A stretch of DNA of 64,000 nucleotides from assembly GCA_964016885.1 (NCBI GenBank), contig OZ024759.1:32426001-32490000 (forward strand), written 5' to 3'. Positions 41,665 through 55,938 of this stretch are shown piece by piece; the stretch's first letter is position 1; each line of letters begins with the position of its first letter. The DNA is from Eledone cirrhosa. Taxonomy: Eukaryota. A model generated the notes under the pieces. That model worked only from the letters and a program-made list of their open reading frames with translations, made no database searches and had not been told where the DNA came from. Made by a program: the position numbers and the translations under genes.

Positions 41665-44003
41665 TCCAGGGAGTTCAATCCCCAGTGGTGGCTCTGGCTG
41701 TCTCTTACTGGTCTTTCATTGATGTGTTCCTTCAGGTAGGTACTCATAACTCTCTCCCCCACCTCCTCCCCACCACCCCTCCGTCTCACCACTCCTCCCC
41801 ACCACCCCTCCGTCTCCCCACTCCTCCCCACCACCCTCTACTCCCTATCAGTCACAGCTGGTCTGCTGGATAAAACCCACCTTGGACCACAAAATCCAGT
41901 CTAGTCCATTCCATGATGGTATGGCCTTTAATGGTGATGGTGAGAATGAAGATGAGTTAAGAATGATGGTTGTAGTGGTGGTGGTGGTGGTGGTACGTCA
42001 GCTGATGGTGGTGGTGGTGGTGGTGGTGGTGGTGGTACGACAGCTGATGGTGGTTGTGGTGGTGGTGGTGATGGTGGTGGTACGACAGCTGATGGTGGTG
42101 GTGGTGGTACGACAGCTGATGGTGGTTGTGGTGGTGGTGGTGATGGTGGTGGTACGACAGCTGATGGTGGTTGTGGTGGTGGTGGTGATGGTGGTGGTAC
42201 GACAGCTGATGGTGGTTGTGGTGGTGGTGGTGGTGGTACAACAGATGATGATGGTGGTTGTGGTGGTGGTGGTGGTGGTGGTACAACAGATGATGATGGT
42301 GGTTGTGGTGGTGGTGGTGGTGGTACGATAGCTGATGGTGGTGGTGGTGGTTGTAGTGATGGTACAACAGCTGATGGTGGTGGTGGTGGTAATGGTGGTG
42401 GTGGTGGTTGTGGTTGTGGTGGTGGTGGTGGTAGTTGTGGTGGTACAATAGCTGATGGTGCGAAGATAGTGACTGATGATGATGGTGTTGGTGGTGATAG
42501 TGATGAGGAGACAAATGATGACTATGATGATGGTGAGAATGTTACAGACATGATAATAGTGATGTGATTCTTAGCAGCCTCTCGTCGCTCGGGTTGCACT
42601 CCGCCGTTGGGGAGTGGCCCGATTGACGCGCAGAGTACTGAGGCCCTTTTCTACATGCTGTTTTAACCATAAGATGACGCCATCCCACTGGCTGGGCGGG
42701 CAGGCCGGTACCTCTTCAGTTTAGCTAGGGTTTGAACTCTAGAAGATGATGAATCATCTCTAGGACCAATAGTCTGATACCTGTGTAGCATGGTAAAACC
42801 TGCCAGGACATTGAGTCCCGCTACCATAGCTATCAGACAGCCAGGGTCACCCGTGCGCCACTTTTGAGGCACTGAAGTAGGATTTTGCAGAAGAATAGTG
42901 ATGTAACGATAATTATGATAACTAAATTTTAAATGTCTCTGATTCTCTGTTCTAAAATCAATAATTATCTTTGATTTTTCAGCATTAAATATATTGGTTT
43001 GATGACATTCCTGCTGGTGGTGTTGTTAATGGCTAAAGACTATTGGATAATGTTGGCAGACATCCTTAAATCTGATGTAAGTTGGTCTTGGGTTGTTTGG
43101 TGGTGGAGCTGTGGCATAGTCCAAAAAAAAAAAGTTCAAAGTCTGTCTCACACCCAGAAATTCATCAGGCCAGTGCTTATCCTGGTTTCCATAGCGTGAA
43201 GCGGTGAGACTATAAGACTTCCCCCTGGACAGAACAACAGTCTATCACAGGGTTAAAGTCTGCTCACACCCAGAAGTTCATTAGGGTGGTGCTTATCCTC
43301 GGTTTCTTTGGCATTAAGTAACAAAGAGTACCACACTCTTCCCCCCTGGACAGGACACAAACCCATCACAGGTTTAAACCCACAAATATTGCTGGTACTG
43401 TATGTGTCTCTGTGTCTCTGTATATAAATATCTGGATGTGTGTACACGTATGTGTATGTATAAGTGTGTATTTATACATGTGTCTGTGTATTTAAGTGTT
43501 GGTGTATCTATCTATATATATATATATATATATGCAAAAGTTTTATTTAAGATTGTTGGGTTACAACGAGTAAATATTTTATAACTGATATAAAAGCACT
43601 CAACAGTTTCTGGAGTAGGTTTACGATATTAAACAAATGGAAACTATATTTATAAAACCATATTTATTTCGTTATATATATTTCAGGGATATCATATTAA
43701 AAATATGGTATGCCTTCCTCAGACAAAATACAATACATAAGCTGTTTTATAAATAATGTTTGACATACCTTATAAATAATGCAACTTCCATTTAAAAATC
43801 AACTTTTTAAATGGAAGTTGCATTATTTACAAGGTATGTCAAAAATTATTTATAAAACAGCTTATGTATTGTATTTTGTCTGAGGAAGGCATACCATATT
43901 TTTAATATGATATCCCTGAAATATATATAACGAAATAAATATGGTTTTATAAATATAGTTTCCATTTGTTTAATATCGTATATATATATATATATATTAA
44001 CTA

Positions 44004-44055
<52 letters not shown>

Positions 44056-46842
44056 CTTTTAAATTGCATTTGTGATAATATTTTACACGTTTTTATTGTA
44101 TGTAAACTTCCCCCTTTGTATTTGTCCCCTTCTTTTGTGCCCCTGTGGCTAATAAAGAAACATATCTATATATATATATGTGTGTGTATGTAATTATAAG
44201 TATGTGTGTTGTTTGTATATTTTAGATTTCTATAATTCTCAAGTAACATTATTTCTTTTGTTTTTTCTCCTCCTCCTTCACCACCAACAACAACAACAGT
44301 TGTGTCTCGTCCAACATTTCTTTGCCCGTTTCACCTGTCTGATTGTCATACCTGTGTCCCTCTATATTGGAATATTCTTCATACACCTGAGTATTCTCAC
44401 CAAAGCCGGACCCCACGATAATGTCATGACCAGTGCTTTTCAGGCTAGTCTAGAGGTAAGACAATTGTTCAGTTCTTTGAGGGAGGTGAGGGTTTAGATC
44501 AGTGGTTCTCAACCTTTCATTGCCAACGGGACACCTTGGAACACATGAAAAAAATAGTGGCACGCCTGGCTAAATATATATGGAAAATATTTGAATTTTA
44601 CAAAATAAAAACATGGCAAGTCATACAACTGTAGTCATAGATGGTATACAACTGTAGTCATAGAAGGTATACAACTGTAGACACAGACTAGTCATAGATG
44701 GTATACAACTGTAGTCATAGATGGTATACAACTGTAGACACAGACTAGTCATAGACGGTATACAACTAGTCATAGATGGTATACAACTGTAGACACAGAC
44801 TAGTCATCGACGGTATACAACTGTAGTCATAGGCGGTATACAACTGTAGTCATAGACGGTATACAACTGTAGTCATAGACGGTATACAACTGTAGTCATA
44901 GATGGTATACAACTGTAGTCATAGAAGGTATACAACTGTAGACACAGACTAGTCATAGACGGTATACAACTGTAGACAGAGACAAGTCATAGACGGTATA
45001 CAACTGTAGACAGACAAGTCATAGATGGCATACAACTGAAGACATGTCAGAGACACATAGAATGACTCAAACTAAATTTTAAAAAACACAGCTATGAACT
45101 TTATTGCAGTGTTTTGAATTTCTTTAGACTCAGCTAGGTCCTTATTGAGCACATAGGCCTATGATCTATGACATTCCAGTTGTGACCATCTCAGCTGTTG
45201 TTTCTAGGCTAATGGTCACAACTGGAATGTCATAGATCAAAAAACGGAACATGATTTGACTGAGGCCCCTATCATTAAACACCCAAAAAACCTCCTATGT
45301 AGGAGGCCAGCTAAACCCTACATAGAGGTGAGCTGTAAATTTCATTTTTCTACCATTATAATGAGTTTTTGTTTTTTTATTTGTAGGGTGGTCTTGCAGC
45401 GTTGACCAAAGGTCAGCCACTAAATGTAGCCTACGGGTCCCAGATCACATTACGTTATAACAACAACCCATCACCAGGCCGGCCTTGCTGGTTACACTCT
45501 CACCCACATGTCTACCCTATCCGGTATGGGGATGGCCGAGGTAGTAGTCATCAACAGCAGGTCACCTGTTATATCTTTAAGGATCTCTACAACTGGTGGA
45601 TTATCAAACATCCAGGCAGGTAAGTCATCTGGACAACTGGACAACTGGTTATCTGGACAACTGGTCATCTAGTCATCTGGACAATTGATCATCTAGTCGT
45701 CTGGACAACTGGTCACCTGGTTGTCTGGACAACTGGTCACCTGGTTGTCTGGACAACTGGTCACCTGGTTGTCTGGTCAACTGGTCTCTCTTTCATTCTC
45801 TCACTCTCTCTCACCCACTCTATCACTGTCACTCACTCTCTCACTCGTCTCTCCCTCTCAATATCCATCACCCTCTCTCTCTCACCCCCTCTCTCTCACC
45901 CCCTCTCTCTCACTCCTCTTAATTACAGCAACACTTTAATGGTGAATGATCCTCCACAACCAGTGAAACATGGAGACTTGATACAGTTGGTACATGGATT
46001 AACTGGCAGAGCATTGAACAGGTTCGTTACCTAGCAACTGATCCACTGTTTTTCTCTTGTTACCCAGCAACTCATCTAGTGTTGTTTCTTGTTACCTAGC
46101 AACTGTTCTAGTCTTCTTTGTTGTTGCCCAGCAACTAATCTAGTCTTCTTTGTTGTTACCTAGCAACTAACTGATCTAGTCTTCTTTGTTGTTGCCTAGC
46201 AACTGGACTAGTTGTTGCCTAGCAACTGATGTAGTGTTGTTGTTTCCTTTTGTTTTTTTTTAATGAATTTTTGTTTGCTTGTTTGTTGTGGTAGTGGTGG
46301 TTGTTATTGTGGTAGTGGTGTGTGTGTGGTGGTTGTAGTGGTGGTGGTGTGTGTGTGGTTGTTGTTGTGGTAGTGGTGTGTGGTGGTTGTAGTGGTGGTG
46401 GTGTGTGTGTAGTGGTGGTAGTGGTGTGTGGTGGTTGTAGTGGTGGTTGTAGTGGTGGTGTGTGTGTGGTTGTTGTGGTAGTGGTGTGTGGTGGTTGTTA
46501 TTGTGGTAGTGGTGTGTGGTGGTTGTTGTAGTGGTGGTAGTGGTGTCTCTAGTTGTTGTAGTGGTGGTAGTGGTGTCTCTAGTTGTTGTAGTGGTGGTGT
46601 GTCAGCCTAAGAACTGCTCTGCCAACCCTCATACATACAATGTCTACAGTTAGGTCTAAACCTGTGACAGGGGACCCACTCATTATATTGATCTCTATAT
46701 CTTTACCTCCATCAGCCATGATGTGGCGGCACCCATGAGTCCACAGAACCAAGAAGTCTCCTGTTATATTGACTACAATGTATCAATGCCATCTCAGAAT
46801 CTATGGAGAGTTGTAAGTCTTACCCTCTTTCTCTCTCTCTCT

Positions 46843-46876
<34 letters not shown>

Positions 46877-46885
46877 TACTCCTTA

Positions 46886-46918
<33 letters not shown>

Positions 46919-47133
46919 TTATCTCTCTGTCTGTGTGTGTGTTTATATATATATATATTTATCTCTCTGTCTGTGTGTGTGTTTATATATATATATATTT
47001 ATCTCTCTGTCTGTGTGTGTGTGTTTATATATATATATATTTATCTCTCTGTCTGTGTGTGTGTGTTTATATATATATATATTTATCTCTCTGTCTGTGT
47101 GTGTGTGTTTATATATATATTTATCTCTCTGTA

Positions 47134-47168
<35 letters not shown>

Positions 47169-47220
47169 TTATCTCTCTCTGTCTGTGTGTATATATATAT
47201 ATACACCTGTTTGTCTCTGT

Positions 47221-47256
<36 letters not shown>

Positions 47257-47648
47257 AGTTCCACACTGTAAATGTGGTTGGTGTTAGGAAGGGCATCCAG
47301 CCCTAGAAAACCTGCCAGATAGTCCTATATGGGCGAGACACGGTCACCCGACCAAACCTTGCCTCAAGAGGGACAACTCCCGTCTAACCCATGCTAGCGT
47401 GGAAAGTGGACGTTAAACGAAGATGATGATGATGATATATATATATATATATATATATGGGAAAATGTTTGACCCCGACGGCAGAGCTCAAGCCGTTTCG
47501 ACGGCTATTTCAGTCCAGAAATAGCCGTCGAAACGGCTTGAGCTCTGCCGTCGGGGTCAAACATTTTCCTATTACCCACTCTACTACTCTAAGTATTGAG
47601 TACTCTGGTGCGTTATGGTCACCTGGTTCCTTACCACACCTCCTTCGT

Positions 47649-47686
<38 letters not shown>

Positions 47687-47981
47687 AACAGAGTTTTCCA
47701 AGAGTTTTCAACATGAATGGACCTGTTATTTTTATCTAAAGACATTTTTTCTAATTCCATCCCGCCCGTCCCCTCAATCTATCTTATTTCTCATTCTTCT
47801 GATGAAGGACTAGCATCTGAAACGTTAAGACCCTCTTCCTGCTATATCAAGTGTTAACCTAATATATACCTTCCATATACTGTACTGATTGTGTTGTTAT
47901 TTCTGTTTACCTTTTACATACACATATATATATATATCTGTTAACTTCTTTTCACTTTCCTTTTCTACTTCTCCTCCCACC

Positions 47982-48038
<57 letters not shown>

Positions 48039-51000
48039 TCTTCTACTTTTTTCCTGTCATTTTTCACCTGACATATTGCATTTGCTTGCTATCATTATTA
48101 TTATTCAAATCCCACCAAGGTTAACTTTATCTTCCATCCTTACAGGGTTGATAAAATGAAGCACCAGTAATGCACTGGGGTTAATTTAATTGACTTTAAT
48201 TCCCAAATTGCCTATAGTAGAAATCGTTATTATTATTATTATTATTATTATTATTGCCCTGGTGGTCAGGGTCACTGTGGCCTTTTAATGGGCTTTCTCC
48301 ACAAATGTCCCTCGGAAGTCTCCCCCCTATTGGGGAATTTTTCATTGTTATTTTTTGTTACATCCTGTTTTTGGTTTTTTTACACGCAGAAATGCCCATT
48401 TGTACCGTCCTTAATGTCTACTTTATGTAAACCCTTGTGGTTAATAAAGAAAGCATTATTATTATTATTATTATTATTATCATCATCAGGAACTTGTGAA
48501 CCGTGATTCTCACCACGACAACTGGCAAACTATCAACAGTTTGGTAAGGTTACACCATGTCAACACAAGTCAAGCTCTTAAGGTAAACAACAGTTCTTCA
48601 CTTTCAATCTTAACATAGTTAGACTGTCTATCTAATCTGGTCTCATCCAGTCTGGTCTGGTTAAATCTGGTCTAGTCTGGTCTGGTATTACTGTGTGCAT
48701 CAGGTAAACAGTTACCTGTCTATCTACCTGTCACTAACATAACACTGTATACCTGCAGGTTCCACCCAGGTAAACAACCTGTCTGTCTATCTACCTGTCT
48801 ATCTATCTACCTGTCTACCTGTCTATCTATCTACCTGTCTACCTGTCTATCTGTCTATCTGTCTACCTGCCTGTGTGTCTGTCTACCTGTCTATCTATCT
48901 ACCTGTCTATCTATCTACCTGTCTATCTGTCTACCTGTCTGTCTGTCTGGCTGTCTATCTGTCTGTCTACCTGTCTTTCTGTCTATCTACCTACCTACCT
49001 CGAGAATGGCCCGTGTGAATGGGCCTTCACTCTACATCAGACTATAGGTGAGGAAGATGAAAGACCAAGGGAGCACCCCCTCTCTGTGCTCCTGAGGAGA
49101 AGGGTTGCACACTTTTTTTCGGGGGTGTGTGCGACCCCCCAAGGCGCCTCCTCCCTATTGAGGATTTTGTTACAAAATTTATTTTGTTATATTTTATTTT
49201 ATTTTTATACTTTTATATCTTGTTATTGCCTCCTCCATATTGAGGACGCCTTTGCATGTAAACTCCCCCCTTTGTACTTGTCCCACTTTTGATGCCCTGG
49301 TGGCAAATAAAAAGAAAGTTGTCTATCTACCTACCTGTCTATCTACCTACCCGTCTATCTACCTACCCGTCTATCTACCTACCTGTCTACCTACCCTTCT
49401 ATCTACCTACCCATCTATCTACCTACCTGTCTATCTACCTACCTGTCTATCTACCTACCTGTCTATCTACCTACCTACCTGTCTATCTACCTACCTGTCT
49501 ACCTACCCGTCTATCTACCTACACATCTATCTACCTACCTGTCTATCTACCTACCTGTCTATCTACCTACCTGTCTACCTACCCGTCTATCTACCTACCC
49601 ATCTATCTACCTACCTGTCTATCTACCTACCTGTCTATCTACCTACCTGTCTATCTACCTACCTACCTGTCTATCTACCTACCTGTCTACCTACCTACCC
49701 GTCTATCTACCTACCCGTCTATCTACCTACCCATCTATCTACCTACCTGTCTATCTACCTACCTGTCTATCTACCTACCTGTCTATCTACCTACCTACCT
49801 GTCTATCTACCTACCTGTCTACCTGCCTACCCGTCTATCTACCTACCTGTCTACCTACCTACCCGTCTATCTACCTACCCGTCTATCTAGCTACCCGTCT
49901 ATCTACCTACCCGTCTATCTACCTACCCGTCTATCTACCTACATGTCTACCTACCCGTCTGCGGAATCAAAAGAGGATATGTCGCTGGAAAAGTGAGGTG
50001 GTAGATGAGGGAGAAAGGAAGGCGGGTGTTAGGAACCCATCTATCTACCTACCTGTCTATCTACCTACCTGTCTATCTACCTACCCGTCTATCACTAACA
50101 TAACACTGTATATCCTCAGGTGTCAGGTAAACAGTTACCAGAATGGGGTTTCCATCAGTTGGAAGTTGTGACAGACAGAATCACAGAACAGGACCCGACC
50201 ATATGGAATGTTGAGGAACACCGCTACACCAAAGGTCTGTGGTTGATGACAGTTATTTCATTTCTTTCAGGTGTTGTACAGGTGTCATCACCATCATCTC
50301 CGTCATCACTGTCATTGTCATCATTAATGACATCACCACAACCACCATCATCATCATTGTCATCACCATCACAACCACCATCACCAACACCATCACTACA
50401 AACATCACCATTACTACCACAACCACCTTCACCACCACTACAATTATCACCATTACTACCACAACCACTATCACCATCACTACAATCATCACCATTACTA
50501 CCACAACCACTATCACCATCACTACAACCACCACCACCATCACCACCACCCCAACCACCATCCTCAACACCATCACCATCACAACCACCATCACCACCAC
50601 CACCATCACTACAATCATCACCATCACCACCACAACCACCATCCTCAACACCATCTGTAAAATAAGTTGGATTACTTTGAATAAATAATTGTTTCTACTT
50701 TTGGCACAAGGCCAGCAATTACCCAGTACATTACTGGTACTTTATTTTATCGACCCCGTAAGGATGAAAGGCAAAGTTAACCTCGGCGGGATCTGAATAA
50801 ATAATGAATGAATATTACATAATTTATCTACTAAATTTCGTAGCTGTTGATTAAATATATTTTATTGCTTATTTAAAGATTCACTTCTTTAAAATTTTCG
50901 AATGTCAACACTTCCGGTTAGCGATCGCTTAAATAAACATTCATATATTTCCGTTACTAATTTTCTCCTAATGCAGTTTATATATAATATCGTGTTTTTT

Positions 51001-52670
51001 TAATGTATCATAGATTACGTTACTGATTACATTAGACAGTGTAACGCAGTCTTCATTCAATTTCTGTGTATATTGTCAATTACGATTTTATTTGATGTAT
51101 CATATCTCCATGTATATATACCTGCATATAATATCAATATGCACACTACAGATGCTAGCAGAAAACCACCCCAAGGGTGGTTTATCTGCTAGTTATTATA
51201 ATTACTTACATTTGGACGACTACATTTCAAATTTCTTTATTAATTAATTAATAGAAATACAGTTTTAATATTCAATATATTCCATTAGAAATATACTGTA
51301 TAGGTAGTTATTTCTATAAAATATATTGTATAGGTAGAGTTATTTCTATAAAATATATTGTATAGGTAGTTATTTCTATAAAATATATTGTATAGGTAGT
51401 TATTTCTATAAAATATATTGTATAGGTAGTTATTTCTATAAAATATATTGTATAGGTAGTTATTTCTATAAAATATATTGTATAGGTAGTTATTTCTATA
51501 AAGTATATTGTATAGGTAAGGTTATTTCTATAAAGTATATTGTATAGGTAGTTATTTCTATAAAATATATTGTATGGTTATGGTTATTTCTATAAAACTG
51601 TTAAATTGTCTGATTTTAGCCTCTGGTAAAGAAGGACAGACACGAGAGTTGAGTGAGGCAGAGATGATCCCATCTGAACCAACACAGTTATCTTTGTGGG
51701 CCAAATTTTGGGAGTTACAGGTAAGCAATAATTGCAACTTCTGCCAAAAGTTGCAATTGGCTGATAGTATCATAGTCATCATCATCATCATTATCATCAT
51801 CATTTTTGTTTAACAACCACTTTCTCTGCTAGTAAAGGTTGGATGGGTCTACATAGGCCAAGTCAGTACTGAAGCAGGGCTACTGAGCTCCCAGAGAGGC
51901 CAAGGGATCTGCATCTCATTTACATATGGTCTCATGTTTAACCAAGTGCACAGGAGTTGTTGTTCTGTCTTTAACACAACTAAAGAGTCCTTCCAACCCT
52001 TTGCTTGGCAAACTTTCTACAGCGGGATGCCCTTCCTATCACCAACCACTTTACTGAGTATACTGGGTGTATTTATCATGTAGATCATCAACGCTAGAGA
52101 GATTGTCATGACTTTGACACAACTGAAGGGTCCTTCCAATCCTTTGTTTGGCAAACTTTCTACAGCTGGATGCCCTTCCTATCAACAACCATTTTACAGA
52201 GTGTACTGGGTGTATTTATCATGTAGATCACGATTACAAGGGAGGCTGTCATGTCTTTGACACAACTGAAGGGTCCTTCCAACACTTTGTTTGGCAAGCC
52301 AGCAATGAAAAAAAACACCTATAGAAACATTGTTTCCTCTGTCTAATCTAACAGTGAGATTTTATTTTTCTTAATTCATCATGTTAATGACATTTATAGT
52401 CATTAACATCAACATTTTTACATAATTTTCCCTACCCTTTCTAATGCCAACCCATACTTTATTTATTTATGGTGATTCTGATGCTAAAAATCTTATTTTG
52501 TTCTGACAATGTTTTTATTTTAGGTGAAAATGATTTCTTCAAACCATGATGTAGATTTAGAACACAAATACAGCTCTGGTCCTTTGGAATGGCCCCTCAT
52601 GGATAAGAACGTGGCCTACTGGATCAGTCCTTATACCAATGTAAGTTCTCATAGATGTTTTACATATATA

Positions 52671-52716
<46 letters not shown>

Positions 52717-52759
52717 GACATATATATATATATATATATGGACATATATATATACATAT

Positions 52760-52802
<43 letters not shown>

Positions 52803-53410
52803 CATATGGGCATATATACATACATATCGACATATGTACATACATATGGATATATATTGACATCAATACTCATCTTCTTCCATTTCTTAGAGGGTTCTAA
52901 AACCCCACTATCAGGCTAAAATTTCTTTAGTCAAAAAGTATGGTGAAAGCTTCTATTTCACACTCACTCACTGTTTCAAAACAAACTTATATATATATAT
53001 TCATATATATATACATATTTAAATACACATATATATATATATAGGCACCCGTTTTACGTGTGTTGTGTTGAGGCAAATAACTATGTGTATACTCTGGTAA
53101 TGTATCTTACATTGCCCATTGAGTGCACTGAGATACAACCGGTACTGGCATTGATAAATATGCTGGGTTCGTCAACTCCTTATTATATATATATATATAT
53201 AGGAACCAGTAAGACCCCGACGGCTGAGCTCAAGCCGTTTCGATGGCTAATTCTGGACTAAAAAAAAAAAAAAATTCCAGAATTAGCCGTCGAAACGGCT
53301 TGAGCTCAGCCGCGGTGTCTTACTGGTTCCTATTACCCACTCTACTACCCTAAGTATTGAGTACTTTGGTGCGTTATGGTCCACCTGGTTCCTTACCACA
53401 ACTCCTTCGT

Positions 53411-53444
<34 letters not shown>

Positions 53445-55878
53445 AATATACATCTATCTTAAACAAGTCTCAGAACTAACTATAGAGAATATCACATTAG
53501 AATAAAGAAAACCATATGAGTATTTTCCCAGAGGCAAAATTAACTTGTGTGTGAAACAACAATGGCTTCTGATTTAGGCACAAGGCCTACAAATTTGGAG
53601 GAGGGGAAAGTCGATTAAATCGACCCCAGTACATAACTGGTACTTTATTTTATTGATTCTGTAAGGATGAAAGGCAAAGCTAACCTCGGTGTGTGAAACA
53701 GTTATTATAGGTAAATGTGTTTTGTTTGTTTTTAGGCACAGATACACCTTCTGGGGAATATCTTTATCTGGTATCTCTGCACCGCTTCACTCTTTGGTTA
53801 TTTACTTCTGTGGTTGTTTTACCTGCTACGAAGACGACGTTTCATTTTTGATTTAAACAAAGGTGAGTGTATGTATAAGGTATATTGAATTATTGGAGAG
53901 ACAGGTGTGGTGTGGTGTGTTGAGTGGTGTGATGTAGTGGTGTTGGGGTGTGGTGTAGTGTGTTGAGTGGTGTGGTGGTGTAGTGTGGTGTGGTGTGATG
54001 TGGGAGTGTGATGTAGTGGTGTTGGGGTGTGGTGTAGTGTGTTGAGTGGTGTGGTGTGATGTAGTGGTGTTGGGGTGTGGTGTAGTGTGTTGAGTGGTGT
54101 GGTGGTGTGATGTGGGGGTGTGGTGTAGTGGTGTTGGGGTGTGGTGTAGTGTGTTGAGTGGTGTGGTGGTGTAGTGTGGTGTGTTGAGTGGTGTGGTGTG
54201 ATGTGGGGGTGTTGGGGTGTGGTGTAGTGTGTTGAGTGGTGTGGTGGTGTAGTGTGGTGTGGTGTGGTGGTGTTGTGGTATATTGAGTGGTGTAGCGGTG
54301 CGGTGTGGGGGTGTGTTGTGGTCTAGTGGTGTAGTGTGGTGTAGTATGGTGTGGTGTGTTATGGTGTTGTATTAATGGAAAGACAGGTGTGTGGTGTGGT
54401 ATTGCCTTGGTGTGGTATAGTTGTGTTGTGTTGAATTATGGTAGAGATAGGTTGTGATGTGGTGAGGTGTTGTGATGTTGTAGTGTCATGTTGTGTGTAT
54501 GTATCTATTGTGCTCGTGTCTTTGGGTTTTGTGTTGTCTGCTCTGTGTTGTGTTGTGTTGTCTGCTCTGTGTTGTGTTGTCTGCTCTGTGTTGTGTTGTC
54601 TTGTCTGCTCTGTGTTGTGTTGTCTGCTCTGTGTTGTGTTGTCTTGTCTGCTCTGTGTTGTGTTGTCTGCTCTGTGTTGTGTTGTGTTGTCTGCTCTGTG
54701 TTGTGTTGTCTGCTCTGTGTTGTGTTGTCTTGTCTGCTCTGTGTTGTGTTGTCTGCTCTGTGTTGTGTTGTGTTGTCTGCTCTGTGTTGTGTTGTCTGCT
54801 CTGTGTTGTGTTGTCTTGTCTGCTCTGTGTTGTGTTGTCTGCTCTGTGTTGTGTTGTGTTGTCTGCTCTGTGTTGTGTTGTCTTGTCTGCTCTGTGTTGT
54901 GTTGTCTGCTCTGTGTTGTGTTGTCTTGTCTGCTCTGTGTTGTGTTGTCTGCTCTGTGTTGTGTTGTCTGCTCTGTGTTGTCTTGTCTGCTCTGTGTTGT
55001 GTTGTCTGCTCTGTATTGTGTTGTCTGCTCTGTGTTGTGTTGTCTGCTCTGTGTTGTGTTGTCTGCTCTGTGTTGTGTTGTCTTGTCTGCTCTGTTTTGT
55101 GTTGTCTGCTCTGTGTTGTGTTGTCTTGTGTTGTCTGCTCTGTGTTGTGTTGTCTTGTCTGCTCTGTGTTGTGTTGTCTGCTCTGTGTTGTGTTGTGTTG
55201 TCTGCTCTGTGTTGTGTTGTCTTGTCTGCTCTGTGTTGTGTTGTCTGCTCTGTGTTGTGTTGTCTTGTCTGCTCTGTGTTGTGTTGTCTGCTCTGTGTTG
55301 TCTTGTCTGCTCTGTGTTGTGTTGTCTGCTCTGTGTTGTGTTGTCTGCTCTGTGTTGTCTTGTCTGCTCTGTGTTGTGTTGTCTGCTCTGTATTGTGTTG
55401 TCTGCTCTGTGTTGTGTTGTGTTGTCTGCTCTGTGTTGTGTTGTCTGCTCTGTGTTGTGTTGTGTTGTCTGCTCTGTGTTGTGTTGTCTGCTCTGTATTG
55501 TGTTGTCTGCTCTGTGTTGTGTTGTGTTGTCTGCTCTGTGTTGTATTGTCTGCTCCGTGTTGTGCTGTTGCTGCGAATGCCCCCCCCCCCCTCTCTATAT
55601 ATCTATATTCTCTGTATTCTCTATTTCAGTGGAGTGGAACCAGTTTACGTTCACAGGTCATTTGTTAATTGGAGGTTTCTTATTCCATTACCTGCCTCAC
55701 TTTATAACTGATCGAACCCTCTTCCTCCATCACTACCTGCCGGCTCTCTTGTTCCAGGTGATTACCTGTGCTGCTGTCTTTGATCATCTCATCCTCATAT
55801 CAACCAGGTAAGTACCTAATCTCACTAATGTCCTACTGAATATCTATAGATCTGTGTGTGTGTGTGTGTGTGTAGATC

Positions 55879-55938
<60 letters not shown>

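Noticed and set aside
54438-55811. Cys-rich 400-450-aa ORFs
   Set aside because: Minisatellite translation; only 55630-55807 is a real POMT1 exon.
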